From Promethearchaeota archaeon (lineage in GTDB: Archaea; Asgardarchaeota; Lokiarchaeia; Sigyniarchaeales; SOKP01): a stretch of 64,000 bases of DNA. Position numbers and translations under genes: made by a program. Below the pieces are notes generated by a model that worked only from the letters and a program-made list of their open reading frames with translations, was not told the DNA's origin and did not search any database. Of this stretch, positions 41,666 through 50,865 are shown in pieces. How positions within the stretch are numbered: the first letter of the stretch is position 1; the number at the start of each line of letters is the position of its first letter. The stretch spans positions 32,001-96,000 of the forward strand of contig JAEOUA010000006.1 of NCBI GenBank assembly GCA_016839555.1. Reading direction: 5' to 3'.

Positions 41666-42181
41666 ATGGTAAATCTTTTTGATTATTTGCCTTATCCATA
41701 CGGAATAATAATTTCTATAGGTGCTATTATCTTTGCTACAGTATCAATGGAAGGTGTAGCATGGTTTCTTCACAGGTACGTGATGCACCAATTTGGTTGG
41801 TATCTTCATGAGGACCATCATCGATATACAAAAGGAAGATTCCAAAAGAACGATATTTTTGCCTTGATTTTTGCGATATTATCAATAATATTAATTATTC
41901 TTGGATTAAGAGTATACAATCTTCTCTTCTGGTTGGGAATGGGTGTTTCTATATATGGTTTGGGTTATTTTCTCTTTCACGATGTATTATTTCACAAGAG
42001 GATAAAAAATCACTATCGACCAAAAAAAGAGTATATGAAGAGAATATTCGATGCTCACTCATATCATCATCAAACTACTAATTCAAAGGGATCGGGGGGA
42101 TATTCATATGGTTTCCTCTATGCTTCTAAGAAATATAGCACTTTAATAAAAGATTTACAAATAAAAAAGAAGAATGTATAA
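41666..42181 (+). CDS. crtZ: Beta-carotene 3-hydroxylase (non-heme di-iron)
   Basis: His boxes HRYVMH, HEDHH, HDVLFH and HSYHH; MEGVAW; FQKND.F; SYGFL. Confidence 0.88.
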   Translation: MVNLFDYLPYPYGIIISIGAIIFATVSMEGVAWFLHRYVMHQFGWYLHEDHHRYTKGRFQKNDIFALIFAILSIILIILGLRVYNLLFWLGMGVSIYGLGYFLFHDVLFHKRIKNHYRPKKEYMKRIFDAHSYHHQTTNSKGSGGYSYGFLYASKKYSTLIKDLQIKKKNV

Positions 42182-42187
42182 TAAAAG

Positions 42188-43810
42188 ATGACCGAATCAA
42201 AAAATGATGATTTTTTCTTTAATGTAGGTATTGATTCAATGGGTTTCTACACATCAAAGTATTACGTGGATCTGAGAGATTTAGCTGAAGTTAGAAATGT
42301 CGATCCAAACAAGTATTTAAAGGGTCTTCTGACAAAAGAAATGCGTATTCCAGGACCCGGAGAAGATATTGTAAGTATGGCGTTAAAAGCCGGCCAAAAT
42401 GCTTTGATGAGAGGAAATATTGATCCAAGTGAGATCGATGCCATATTCCTGGGTACAGAAACGATGACATACGCTGTGAAGTCTGTATCTAATATTCTTG
42501 CAGAAATCTTGAACACTTCACTAAATTGTATAACACAAGATGTCTATAATGCATGTGCGGGTGAAACTCTAGCAGTTTTAAACGCTATAGGACTCATTAA
42601 TAACGGAATAATCAATAAAGCACTCATTATCGGAGCAGATATTTGTAGTTATGAGTTGGAAAGCCCTGGAGAGCCTACTCAAGGAGCGGCAGCGGCAGCT
42701 GTAGTCATTACCAAAAATCCTCGAATAGCAAAATTTGGCAAAAGATTTGGAAAATTTACTGCTAACATAAATGACTTTTACAGATTGCCTTATGAGGATC
42801 ATCCTGTTGTGTTTGGGCAGTACTCTATAAATTCATATATTAGATTTCAGCAGGGAGCATTTGATGATTTCTTCAAAGAAGTGGATTCTATTATACCCGA
42901 TTATTTAGCTTTCCATTCTCCTTTTGCAAAATTACCCTTAAAAAATATCCAGAACTTACTCCTCACTAGATGGGACATATTGAAAAAAATATTACTCGAG
43001 AAACCTATTAATACTGCATCTTCGGTAAAAGTCCAAGAAGAGGCTGTCGAAAATGTGATTAAACTACTTGATAATGTTTTAGAGCCCCTAAATGAAAAGG
43101 AAAAGTTTGTCAACGTCAATGAGATAAAAGAAAAATTACTTAAGAGTATCACACATAAACTCCTGCCAAGTCTCAACGTCCCAATGTCTATCGGAAATAT
43201 GTATTCTGCATCTATATGGTCTCAATTAATTTATCTATTGGAAAGTGTGGTAGACAAAGATGATTTAATATATTTTGGATCTTACGGCTCAGGAGCAACT
43301 TGTATTTCTGGTATGCTGAAAGTTATGCCAGAAGTTTCAGAATTCCGCAAAAAATATCCAACAGTGAACAATTTTATCCAAAATAAAGAGCGTAAATCTA
43401 TTGAAGAATATGAAAAATTAAGAGACAAAAATGATGCTCAAGAAGTTATTTATGCCCAAATTGAACCACACCCTACCGAAGAGAATCATTTTATCGTATT
43501 AAATATGTGTGAAGGAGCTTGTATATCATCAAAATTGAATGGATTAGAGTTTTGTCCAAAAGGGAGACACGAAACTTATCAAAGAAAGCTTCCTTTATAC
43601 GCGGTGGTAAAAGAAATTCCTCTCCAGAATATTGTTGATGAGGATCTATTCAGTTCCTCAATAGTGAGAGTATCTGAAGATGTTAAAAAAGGTGATACAG
43701 TTGAATATAACCTTCTTCGAGCCGGAAAAAATGAATCTATGGTTTGCATAGAGAGTGGTTATATTAATTGGATTCCTACCTACAAACCGATCACTCATCC
43801 ACTCACATAA
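42188..43810 (+). CDS. HMG-CoA synthase with C-terminal DUF35/OB-like extension
   Basis: GTET (Glu), NACAG (Cys), AFHSPF (His), GEPTQGAAA, GNMYSAS, GSYGSG; about 130 extra C-terminal residues. Confidence 0.88.
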   Translation: MTESKNDDFFFNVGIDSMGFYTSKYYVDLRDLAEVRNVDPNKYLKGLLTKEMRIPGPGEDIVSMALKAGQNALMRGNIDPSEIDAIFLGTETMTYAVKSVSNILAEILNTSLNCITQDVYNACAGETLAVLNAIGLINNGIINKALIIGADICSYELESPGEPTQGAAAAAVVITKNPRIAKFGKRFGKFTANINDFYRLPYEDHPVVFGQYSINSYIRFQQGAFDDFFKEVDSIIPDYLAFHSPFAKLPLKNIQNLLLTRWDILKKILLEKPINTASSVKVQEEAVENVIKLLDNVLEPLNEKEKFVNVNEIKEKLLKSITHKLLPSLNVPMSIGNMYSASIWSQLIYLLESVVDKDDLIYFGSYGSGATCISGMLKVMPEVSEFRKKYPTVNNFIQNKERKSIEEYEKLRDKNDAQEVIYAQIEPHPTEENHFIVLNMCEGACISSKLNGLEFCPKGRHETYQRKLPLYAVVKEIPLQNIVDEDLFSSSIVRVSEDVKKGDTVEYNLLRAGKNESMVCIESGYINWIPTYKPITHPLT

Positions 43811-43889
43811 TTTTAAAGATTATTTAAGCTTATTTGCTACAACTCGAGGATCAAAACCGAAAAAATCGCAGAAAAAAATAAAAAAAAGT

Positions 43890-44993
43890 TTATATTCGTT
43901 TAAATTCTATTTTCCTTTCTTCTATCCATTCTTTTAGAGAAGAACTAATTACAACAGGGGCTTTTTTTAATTCATCAATATTTTTACTCCCAGTTAATAG
44001 CATTGTAATTTTTAATTCTCTAAAGGTTTGTTCAATAAACGTTTCTATGGAATCCTGTCCTTCTAACGCAACCATAAGAAATGGTCTAGCTAAGGCTGCA
44101 AAATTTGCTCCAAGCCTTAGTGCTTTGGCGATATCAATTCCACTTCTAATTCCTCCGCTGCCAATTATTTGAATGGATGAAGGTCTATTTACCACTGACT
44201 TCACCTCAAGGATACTAGCTGCCGTTGGAATCCCCCAATCCCAAAATAGTTTGCCTAATTCCCTTTTAGATACTTCCCCATATTTTTTTGCTCTATAAAA
44301 TTCCACAGCCACCCAACTAGTTCCTCCTACCCCAGACACATCAATAATATTAATTCCGATATCAAACAATTGTTGAGCAATCTCCTTAGAAATTCCGCAA
44401 CCCGTTTCCTTAATCACTATGGGAACATCTAACTGATCCTTGAGCATTTGTATTTTTTCAATTGCTCCAGAAAACATATTATCACCTTCAGGTTGAATGA
44501 CTTCTTGAATCACATTGAGATGTATCGCTACAGCGTCCGCATCGATATTATCTATAATTTCTTGGACATACTTAAAACTTTCGGAGGTTGTAATTTGAGC
44601 GATTCCAATATTTCCAACGATAGGTATGTCTGGAGCGCATTCTCTTACCACAGAAAAAGAACTTTTTGTTTCTGGATGCTTAAGGATAACTCTTTGACTT
44701 CCCACCATCATTGGGATTTTATATTTTTGAGCCGCTTTTGCAAGTGAAACATTAATTTTTTTTGTCAATTCTGTTCCACCAGTCATTGCTCCAACGAAAA
44801 CTGGTGCTGTTATTGATTTTCCTAAAAATTCACAAGAAAAAGTAAGATCATCTAAATTTAATTCTGGTAGGGTATTATGCACGAATGTGACATGCTCAAG
44901 CCAAGTTGTTTGGTTGCTTTCAACTTTCTCTTGACTTACGAGTAAAATATGTTCATCCTTTCTATTTGTAATTGGAATTTTTCTTATTTCCAT
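43890..44993 (-). CDS. fni: Type 2 isopentenyl-diphosphate isomerase
   Basis: RKDEHI; GAMTGG; VGSQR; HLNVIQE..QPEGD; KETGCG; GGTSW; WGIPT; SGGIRSG. Confidence 0.95.
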   Translation of the reverse strand: MEIRKIPITNRKDEHILLVSQEKVESNQTTWLEHVTFVHNTLPELNLDDLTFSCEFLGKSITAPVFVGAMTGGTELTKKINVSLAKAAQKYKIPMMVGSQRVILKHPETKSSFSVVRECAPDIPIVGNIGIAQITTSESFKYVQEIIDNIDADAVAIHLNVIQEVIQPEGDNMFSGAIEKIQMLKDQLDVPIVIKETGCGISKEIAQQLFDIGINIIDVSGVGGTSWVAVEFYRAKKYGEVSKRELGKLFWDWGIPTAASILEVKSVVNRPSSIQIIGSGGIRSGIDIAKALRLGANFAALARPFLMVALEGQDSIETFIEQTFRELKITMLLTGSKNIDELKKAPVVISSSLKEWIEERKIEFKRI

Positions 44994-45230
44994 ATATATA
45001 CACTTTATAAATAAAGGTGGTATTTAGTATTAAATTTAAAATTTCTAAATCACTTTATCTTTTTTAATTTTATGTAAATATTTTAGTAATAAATCAATTA
45101 TTTCTAAGCGTTTATTTATTTAGGAATTATATTCTTAATTTTATAGAAGAGGAATATAAAAGAGAGAATGGGAAGTAATATTCCTTTTATAAAAAATTTT
45201 GAGAAGGTAGGATTTACTAGGAAAGTTTTT

Positions 45231-45344
45231 TTACTTTACTAAAGAATAGTAAGGTTCCTTAATCATATTTTCTTCAAGGAAAAAATCCAAAATTTCTTTG
45301 AATTTTGTCCCGCTAATTCCCGTTTCTAAACTGATATCTCGCTT
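45231..45344 (-). pseudogene. Remnant of a winged-helix protein
   Basis: 37-codon stretch with no N-terminal start codon, KRDISLETGISGTKFKEILDFFLEENMIKEPYYSLVK*, resembling an HTH. Confidence 0.35.
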
Positions 45345-45560
45345 TTAATACAGTACTATGCTTAAATAACTTCTAATAAACGCTTTTAAGATTCAGAATA
45401 TTTTATTTTTTTCTATTATTATATATCAAAATTAAAAATTTGCCAATAAAATTAAAATTAAGGTTTATATTTTAAAATTATGAATAGATTGTATTATCTT
45501 ACTAGATAAAATGTTAGAATATTATCTTAAAAAATCCTTAAAAAAAATAATGTGATAAAA

Positions 45561-46310
45561 ATGAAAAGATTGGTGCTTTTAAGACACGGAGAGAGCCTCT
45601 GGAATAAGGAAAATAGATTCACCGGTTGGACGGATATTGATTTAACTCAAAAAGGATATGAGCAAGCAAAAGAAGCAGCGAGAAAATTAAAGGAAAAAGG
45701 ATTCACTTTTGATATTGCTTACACTTCATTTCTTAAAAGAAGCATTAGAACATTATGGATTGTTTTGGATGAAATGGATTTGATGTGGATTCCAGTCTAT
45801 CGCTCTTGGAAGTTAAATGAACGCCATTATGGGGCACTTCAAGGATTATATAAAACAGAAATCGCGAAAGAATTTGGGGAAAAACAAGTACTCATATGGA
45901 GAAGGAGTTTTGATATTCCTCCTCCTGCTCTTAAAACTACAGATCCACGATTTCCCCAATATGAAGAAAAATATAGAAATCTGGATTTGGAGGATATTCC
46001 TTTAACAGAATCTCTTAAAGACACTATTGCTCGTGTTCTTCCATATTGGAATGATATTATTGTCCCAAGTATCAAATCGGGTCTTAAAGTTTTAATATCT
46101 GCTCATGGGAATAGTCTAAGAGCAATTGTTAAAATTTTAGATAATATCCCAGATGATGAAATTATCAAATTAAATATCCCGATAGGGATTCCTCTCGTGT
46201 ATGAATTAAAAGATACCTTAGAACCAATAAAGAGTTATTATTTAGCTGAAGAGGAGGATTTAGAAAAAGCTATTAAAGAGGTAGAAGATCAAGGAAAAAT
46301 AAAGAAATAA
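45561..46310 (+). CDS. gpmA: 2,3-BPG-dependent phosphoglycerate mutase
   Basis: [21 protein letters not shown]; [11 protein letters not shown]; AHGNSLRA. Confidence 0.95.
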   Translation: MKRLVLLRHGESLWNKENRFTGWTDIDLTQKGYEQAKEAARKLKEKGFTFDIAYTSFLKRSIRTLWIVLDEMDLMWIPVYRSWKLNERHYGALQGLYKTEIAKEFGEKQVLIWRRSFDIPPPALKTTDPRFPQYEEKYRNLDLEDIPLTESLKDTIARVLPYWNDIIVPSIKSGLKVLISAHGNSLRAIVKILDNIPDDEIIKLNIPIGIPLVYELKDTLEPIKSYYLAEEEDLEKAIKEVEDQGKIKK

Positions 46311-46462
46311 CACAAAATAATGGAGCTTTATAAAGGTTAATTTTTACATTCCTTTTTCCCTAAAAATTTATTTTTGCATTATGTTTTTTATTTTATATCA
46401 ATTTTTCATATCTTTTATATAGAAAGAATTAGCGTATGAAATATTTTTGTTCTTTTGATCAT

Positions 46463-47098
46463 TCAGCCCTTTGATGCGACCCATTTATCTTGAAAAATAA
46501 TTAGATATAAAGTGATGATGATAGTCATTATCATGAAAAATATAGTATCAATTAACCATGAAAGAGTCGCAATTAAAAAAAACAAGCCTCTATTTCCAAA
46601 CATCCAATGATTTTGAGCCGATATGAAAGCTTTTTCTGCAATATCAATTGCTTTAAATTCTCCTTTAGAGTATTTTATCGCATCTCCGCTCAAGAGGATG
46701 CTTACTCGGACAATATAACGTATGGAAAGAATGAAATTGAACAATGAAAAAAATGCAATTATACTATTTACTCCCATCTGGACAAATCTTAGAGGTAAGA
46801 ATTCTATGCCAAAAAAGGGTGTTTTGGTAAAAATTGCGGCGTTGTACACCCCAACCAATATTCCAATAAGAACTAATAATCCAGAAATAAATGTAGCATT
46901 GCCCATGATAAAATTTCGCAAGGATTGAGTAGCGTATAATAAATTTTCATCATTAGCCCTATTTTTCACCCAATTTTTATATACTAAATTCAATGTAGTT
47001 CTCTGAGAGGGTTTGCCTCGCCTGGATATTATTATTAAAAGGATTAAATATCCTACTAAACAGAATAAAAATAAGATAAGAGCGATTTCATCAAACAT
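46463..47098 (-). CDS. DUF599-like membrane protein
   Basis: WV...QSLRNFIMGNATF; GNRGLFF...WL; four TM helices. Confidence 0.7.
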   Translation of the reverse strand: MFDEIALILFLFCLVGYLILLIIISRRGKPSQRTTLNLVYKNWVKNRANDENLLYATQSLRNFIMGNATFISGLLVLIGILVGVYNAAIFTKTPFFGIEFLPLRFVQMGVNSIIAFFSLFNFILSIRYIVRVSILLSGDAIKYSKGEFKAIDIAEKAFISAQNHWMFGNRGLFFLIATLSWLIDTIFFMIMTIIITLYLIIFQDKWVASKG

Positions 47099-47230
47099 TT
47101 TTTCAAAAAACTATAATTTTAATTTTTTTATTTTTTATCACTTATTATATGTTTTATTTAAGGAAGGTTTAAAAATCTTAATGAATTCAAAACTAATTAT
47201 CTATCAATTTAGAATTTAAAGTGATTAAAT

Positions 47231-48673
47231 ATTTTAATTAGCACCATTTTAATAGTAATTACTTTTATTTCTGTAATTCTTTTAATTGTGACAGGAAGGC
47301 TTAATCGAGCAGTGGCATCTTTAGGTGGAGCTCTCATCTGTTTTTTTGTCTTAATTTTTTTAGAGCAATATAAATTTAGTAAAATTTTCGATTTGTTATT
47401 TGGGACCGTAAGAGATGGATTTGCCAATTTCCATAGTATTAGTTTAATTTTAGCAATGATGTTTATCGTTCAGATTACCCATGAATCAGGATTATTTCAA
47501 TTCATTTCAATAAGTCTTATAAAATTATCAAAAGCTAAACCTATTTTGCTTATGACTTTTTTCTGCTTAATTACCCTATTAATTTCGGCTATATTAAATA
47601 ATATTCTAGCTGTTATTATCTTAATACCGCTCACCATAACGGTTTCTCGGATTCTAAATATAAATCCCTCTCCATATATTCTTACTCAAGCAATATTAGT
47701 TAATATTGGAGGAACTTTGTTTTCTATCTCTTCTATTCCAAACATATTAATAACTACCTATGCAAAAATAAGTTTTATCGAGTTTTTTCTAAACGTTGGG
47801 ACACTTTCTTTAGTCGTGTTTGTATTTACTTTAATATTTTTTATCATGCTCTACCGAAGAGACCTAGTCATTCCAAGAGAAAATTTAGATATTTTAATTG
47901 AGTATAATGTATGGAATTTTGTTCAAAATCGAAATCTGTTATATAAATCAATGATCTCATTTATAGTATTATTTTCCCTCTTCATTATTATTCCCCCAGA
48001 ACTTTTAGCTCCAGATATCATCGCATGGATTATTGCAATCAGTTTAATACTAATAAGTAGATTAAATCCAAAGGAAATCTTTTCTAAGGTTGACCTGGAA
48101 TTGATCCTTTATCTATTAGGTATTTTTATCATAGCGGGAGCTTTAGAATTAAGTGGAATTCTAAAATTATTTGGAACCTTAATTTCAAACTTGGGTGAAG
48201 GCGATTCCTACATTTTATTAATTTTAATCTTATGGATTTCTGCCTTATTAAGTAGTAGTATAGATAACATCCCTATAACAAAGGTCTTAATACCTGTGGT
48301 TGGGAATATACAAAATCTTAATTCTGAAGCATTGAGAACGCAATTATTTTATAGCTTAGCTATAGGAGCTAATTGGGGCGATAATTTAACACCTCTTGGG
48401 GATAATATTTTAGTAATGAATATTTGTGAGCAAAATAAACGACCCATATCTTTTAGCCAATTCTTTCGATTAGGATTTTTCACCACAATTTACCAATTAT
48501 TAATCATAACAGTCTATTTTACAGTAGTATTTAAACCAATCCTAGGAATTGTTTTAATTTTTATAATATCGTTCTTAATCATCATATGTTATGTATTTTT
48601 TAAAATTAGTAGAGATAAGTATAAATCGATTGAAAATTTATTTATTAAAGTAAGAAAATTTATCGTGGGGTGA
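47231..48673 (+). CDS. ArsB/NhaD/P-protein (IT superfamily) permease (start uncertain: ATT 47231 or GTG 47288)
   Basis: ISAILNN; NIGG; SSIDNIP; GANWGDNLTPLG; frame is open from 47225 and adds the first TM helix. Confidence 0.85.
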   Translation: MLISTILIVITFISVILLIVTGRLNRAVASLGGALICFFVLIFLEQYKFSKIFDLLFGTVRDGFANFHSISLILAMMFIVQITHESGLFQFISISLIKLSKAKPILLMTFFCLITLLISAILNNILAVIILIPLTITVSRILNINPSPYILTQAILVNIGGTLFSISSIPNILITTYAKISFIEFFLNVGTLSLVVFVFTLIFFIMLYRRDLVIPRENLDILIEYNVWNFVQNRNLLYKSMISFIVLFSLFIIIPPELLAPDIIAWIIAISLILISRLNPKEIFSKVDLELILYLLGIFIIAGALELSGILKLFGTLISNLGEGDSYILLILILWISALLSSSIDNIPITKVLIPVVGNIQNLNSEALRTQLFYSLAIGANWGDNLTPLGDNILVMNICEQNKRPISFSQFFRLGFFTTIYQLLIITVYFTVVFKPILGIVLIFIISFLIIICYVFFKISRDKYKSIENLFIKVRKFIVG

Positions 48674-48678
48674 TAATA

Positions 48679-49317
48679 ATGGTTTTTAAAAGCATTGAAA
48701 GAATTAAAAAAGCTATTCCAGAAATAGTACATGTTGCTATGTTTTATAATAATGGAACCATTTTTAACACAACCTTTGAACAAGAGATTAACATTCCAAA
48801 AGTGGGGGAAAATCTCGCTAGGATGTTAGACCGCTTTAGAAGATTGTATGAACTATTAAATTTTGAACATAAGGATTATAAAAAAGTAATTTTAGAAACA
48901 GAAGATGTTTTCACTATCGTATTAAAATTAGGAGAAGAGAGTAATATTGCATTATTCTTTAAAGCTGGGGATGTTAAAGATATCAATATCAGTTCGATAC
49001 AGAGATATTTAAAGAGAATAGAAGAATTAATCGATATGGATAAGAAAGAGCTTTTATTACAAGATGTACTTTCTTTGGAAAGTGAAATCAAGAATTTGGA
49101 ATCTGAATTAACCAATAAAAAGGAAAGAATTGGAGATTTAAGATTTCAATTAAAAGCGTTAACAGAGGAGGAGAGAGAAAAGAGAGAAAAAGAAAGTGAT
49201 ATCATCAAGAAAATTGAGTCTATCGAAAAGGAATCTAATAGTATCGAACAAGAAATTTCGCAGAAAATAAGTAAAAGGGATAGCTTAAGAAGTGAAATAG
49301 AACATCATTCAATTTAA
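48679..49317 (+). CDS. Roadblock/longin-like domain plus C-terminal coiled coil
   Basis: IPEIVHVAMFYNNGTIF...KVILETEDVFTIVLKLGEESNIALFF; E/K-rich heptads; GGGGTGA RBS overlaps the permease stop. Confidence 0.6.
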   Translation: MVFKSIERIKKAIPEIVHVAMFYNNGTIFNTTFEQEINIPKVGENLARMLDRFRRLYELLNFEHKDYKKVILETEDVFTIVLKLGEESNIALFFKAGDVKDINISSIQRYLKRIEELIDMDKKELLLQDVLSLESEIKNLESELTNKKERIGDLRFQLKALTEEEREKREKESDIIKKIESIEKESNSIEQEISQKISKRDSLRSEIEHHSI

Positions 49318-49387
49318 ATGTTATATTTGTAAGGAATTGAAGGTTTTAATATATCATAAAAAGAAAAAAAATAGAATATGATTAATT

Positions 49388-50629
49388 TTATAAATATTTT
49401 TCAAATCTTTTAGTAAGCCAATTAATAGTTTCTAAACTTTTCTTATGATCGGGGCCTTCTATATTCATTAATCGTAGAAAAGGCATTACCATATCAAAAA
49501 AGATATATTTTTTTTGGGAATCCTCATCATTCTCAAGAATTCGATCAAATTTTTCAGTGAAATCCTTTCTTAACGATTGCAATTGCTTATATTGCTTTTC
49601 TGTTATGAAATATAGACTCATAGAGGTCTCTAAAATCGTGTTGATTATATTAGAATACATTTCTGAGGATTTTGACTGCTTTAATGATAAAAATGTTAAG
49701 GCAGTAAGTCCTTGCTTACCCTTTGGAAAATCTTCTATGAAGGTTTGCAAAAGTTTATTTAGCTCTTCATATATTGATAAAAGAAATACTTTTTTTCTAA
49801 GTTTCATCCTTAATTTCATAATATCCTTTCCTGAACTTGTATCAAAAGATTCATATGTGAAAATCTCTGGATTATATAGAGATTCTTTATTTAAGGCATA
49901 ATATTGTTTATCAATAGAACCCGGCGTTATCTCATATTCTTTTGTATATGATTGTATAATACCCAAATATATTAACCTTCTTGTATACCGAGACATAGTT
50001 GCCTTACTTTTCTTAAGATAATTTGAGATTTCTGCTAAGCTTAATTCTTTATAAGTAGATAAGAGCATGATTATCTTCAGGTTTAAGTCGTTCTTAAATA
50101 ATTCTAAAGCTTTCAAATCGATAAGAACATCTAACATCTTATTGATTGCTTCTTTAAATTCTTTAGTCTTGTTCTCTGAAAGTTCTACATAACTAGTAGC
50201 ACCCTCATTCTTAGCAAATTCTATATAATCCCTTCTGTTTGTAGTTTCTTTGCTTTCTGATTTATTTTTCTTATTGGCAATCAGAATAAAAGGACAAATG
50301 TTATCAATATTTTCCCTAATGTTTATTAATTCTTTTTTGCAATACTCAAATGTTTTAGGATCTGAAGGATCAAATATCAAAATAGCTGCATTTGTTCCTT
50401 CGAAATATTTACTGTGTAAAAATTCAAATTTTTTATCTGCTTTAAAGTCCCAAAATTGAAGGAAGTAATCATTACCATATCTATTAATTTTATGTTTATA
50501 AAACTCAACTCCAATCTTATCTTTTTGATTAATAAATGATTCTAAGAATTCATTAAGTAATGAAGTTTTTCCAGCATTCTCTTTACCTATAATGATAATT
50601 TTAAATGGGATTGCGTCCATTTCTTTCAA
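49388..50629 (-). CDS. Degenerate Rab-like GTPase fused to an ArsR-type HTH domain
   Basis: FKIIIIGKENAGKTS; IGVEF; LQFWDFKA; ANKKN; then LSLAEISNYLKKSKATMSRYTRRL. Confidence 0.8.
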   Translation of the reverse strand: MKEMDAIPFKIIIIGKENAGKTSLLNEFLESFINQKDKIGVEFYKHKINRYGNDYFLQFWDFKADKKFEFLHSKYFEGTNAAILIFDPSDPKTFEYCKKELINIRENIDNICPFILIANKKNKSESKETTNRRDYIEFAKNEGATSYVELSENKTKEFKEAINKMLDVLIDLKALELFKNDLNLKIIMLLSTYKELSLAEISNYLKKSKATMSRYTRRLIYLGIIQSYTKEYEITPGSIDKQYYALNKESLYNPEIFTYESFDTSSGKDIMKLRMKLRKKVFLLSIYEELNKLLQTFIEDFPKGKQGLTALTFLSLKQSKSSEMYSNIINTILETSMSLYFITEKQYKQLQSLRKDFTEKFDRILENDEDSQKKYIFFDMVMPFLRLMNIEGPDHKKSLETINWLTKRFEKYL

Positions 50630-50865
50630 CTCTTTTATGTGTTAAAATTTTTATTGTTAATCTCATTTTTTTTATTAAAATATTATTTCAAAATGATCAT
50701 ATAAAATAAGGTTACTTTCATATTTAAGTATTTGCAACATTTCATAGATTACCTTTTATGGAACAAAGTAATTATTTTAAATTTATACATTCAATTAAAA
50801 ATATAGAATAAAATAGATCAAGATGTTTTATTTCTTAGAATCGACTTTCTAAATTCCGAATAATA

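Noticed and set aside
47222-47224. In-frame TGA upstream of the permease as possible selenocysteine or read-through
   Set aside because: Another in-frame stop (TAG 47210) lies four codons upstream, no SECIS was seen, and the TGA is part of the RBS.
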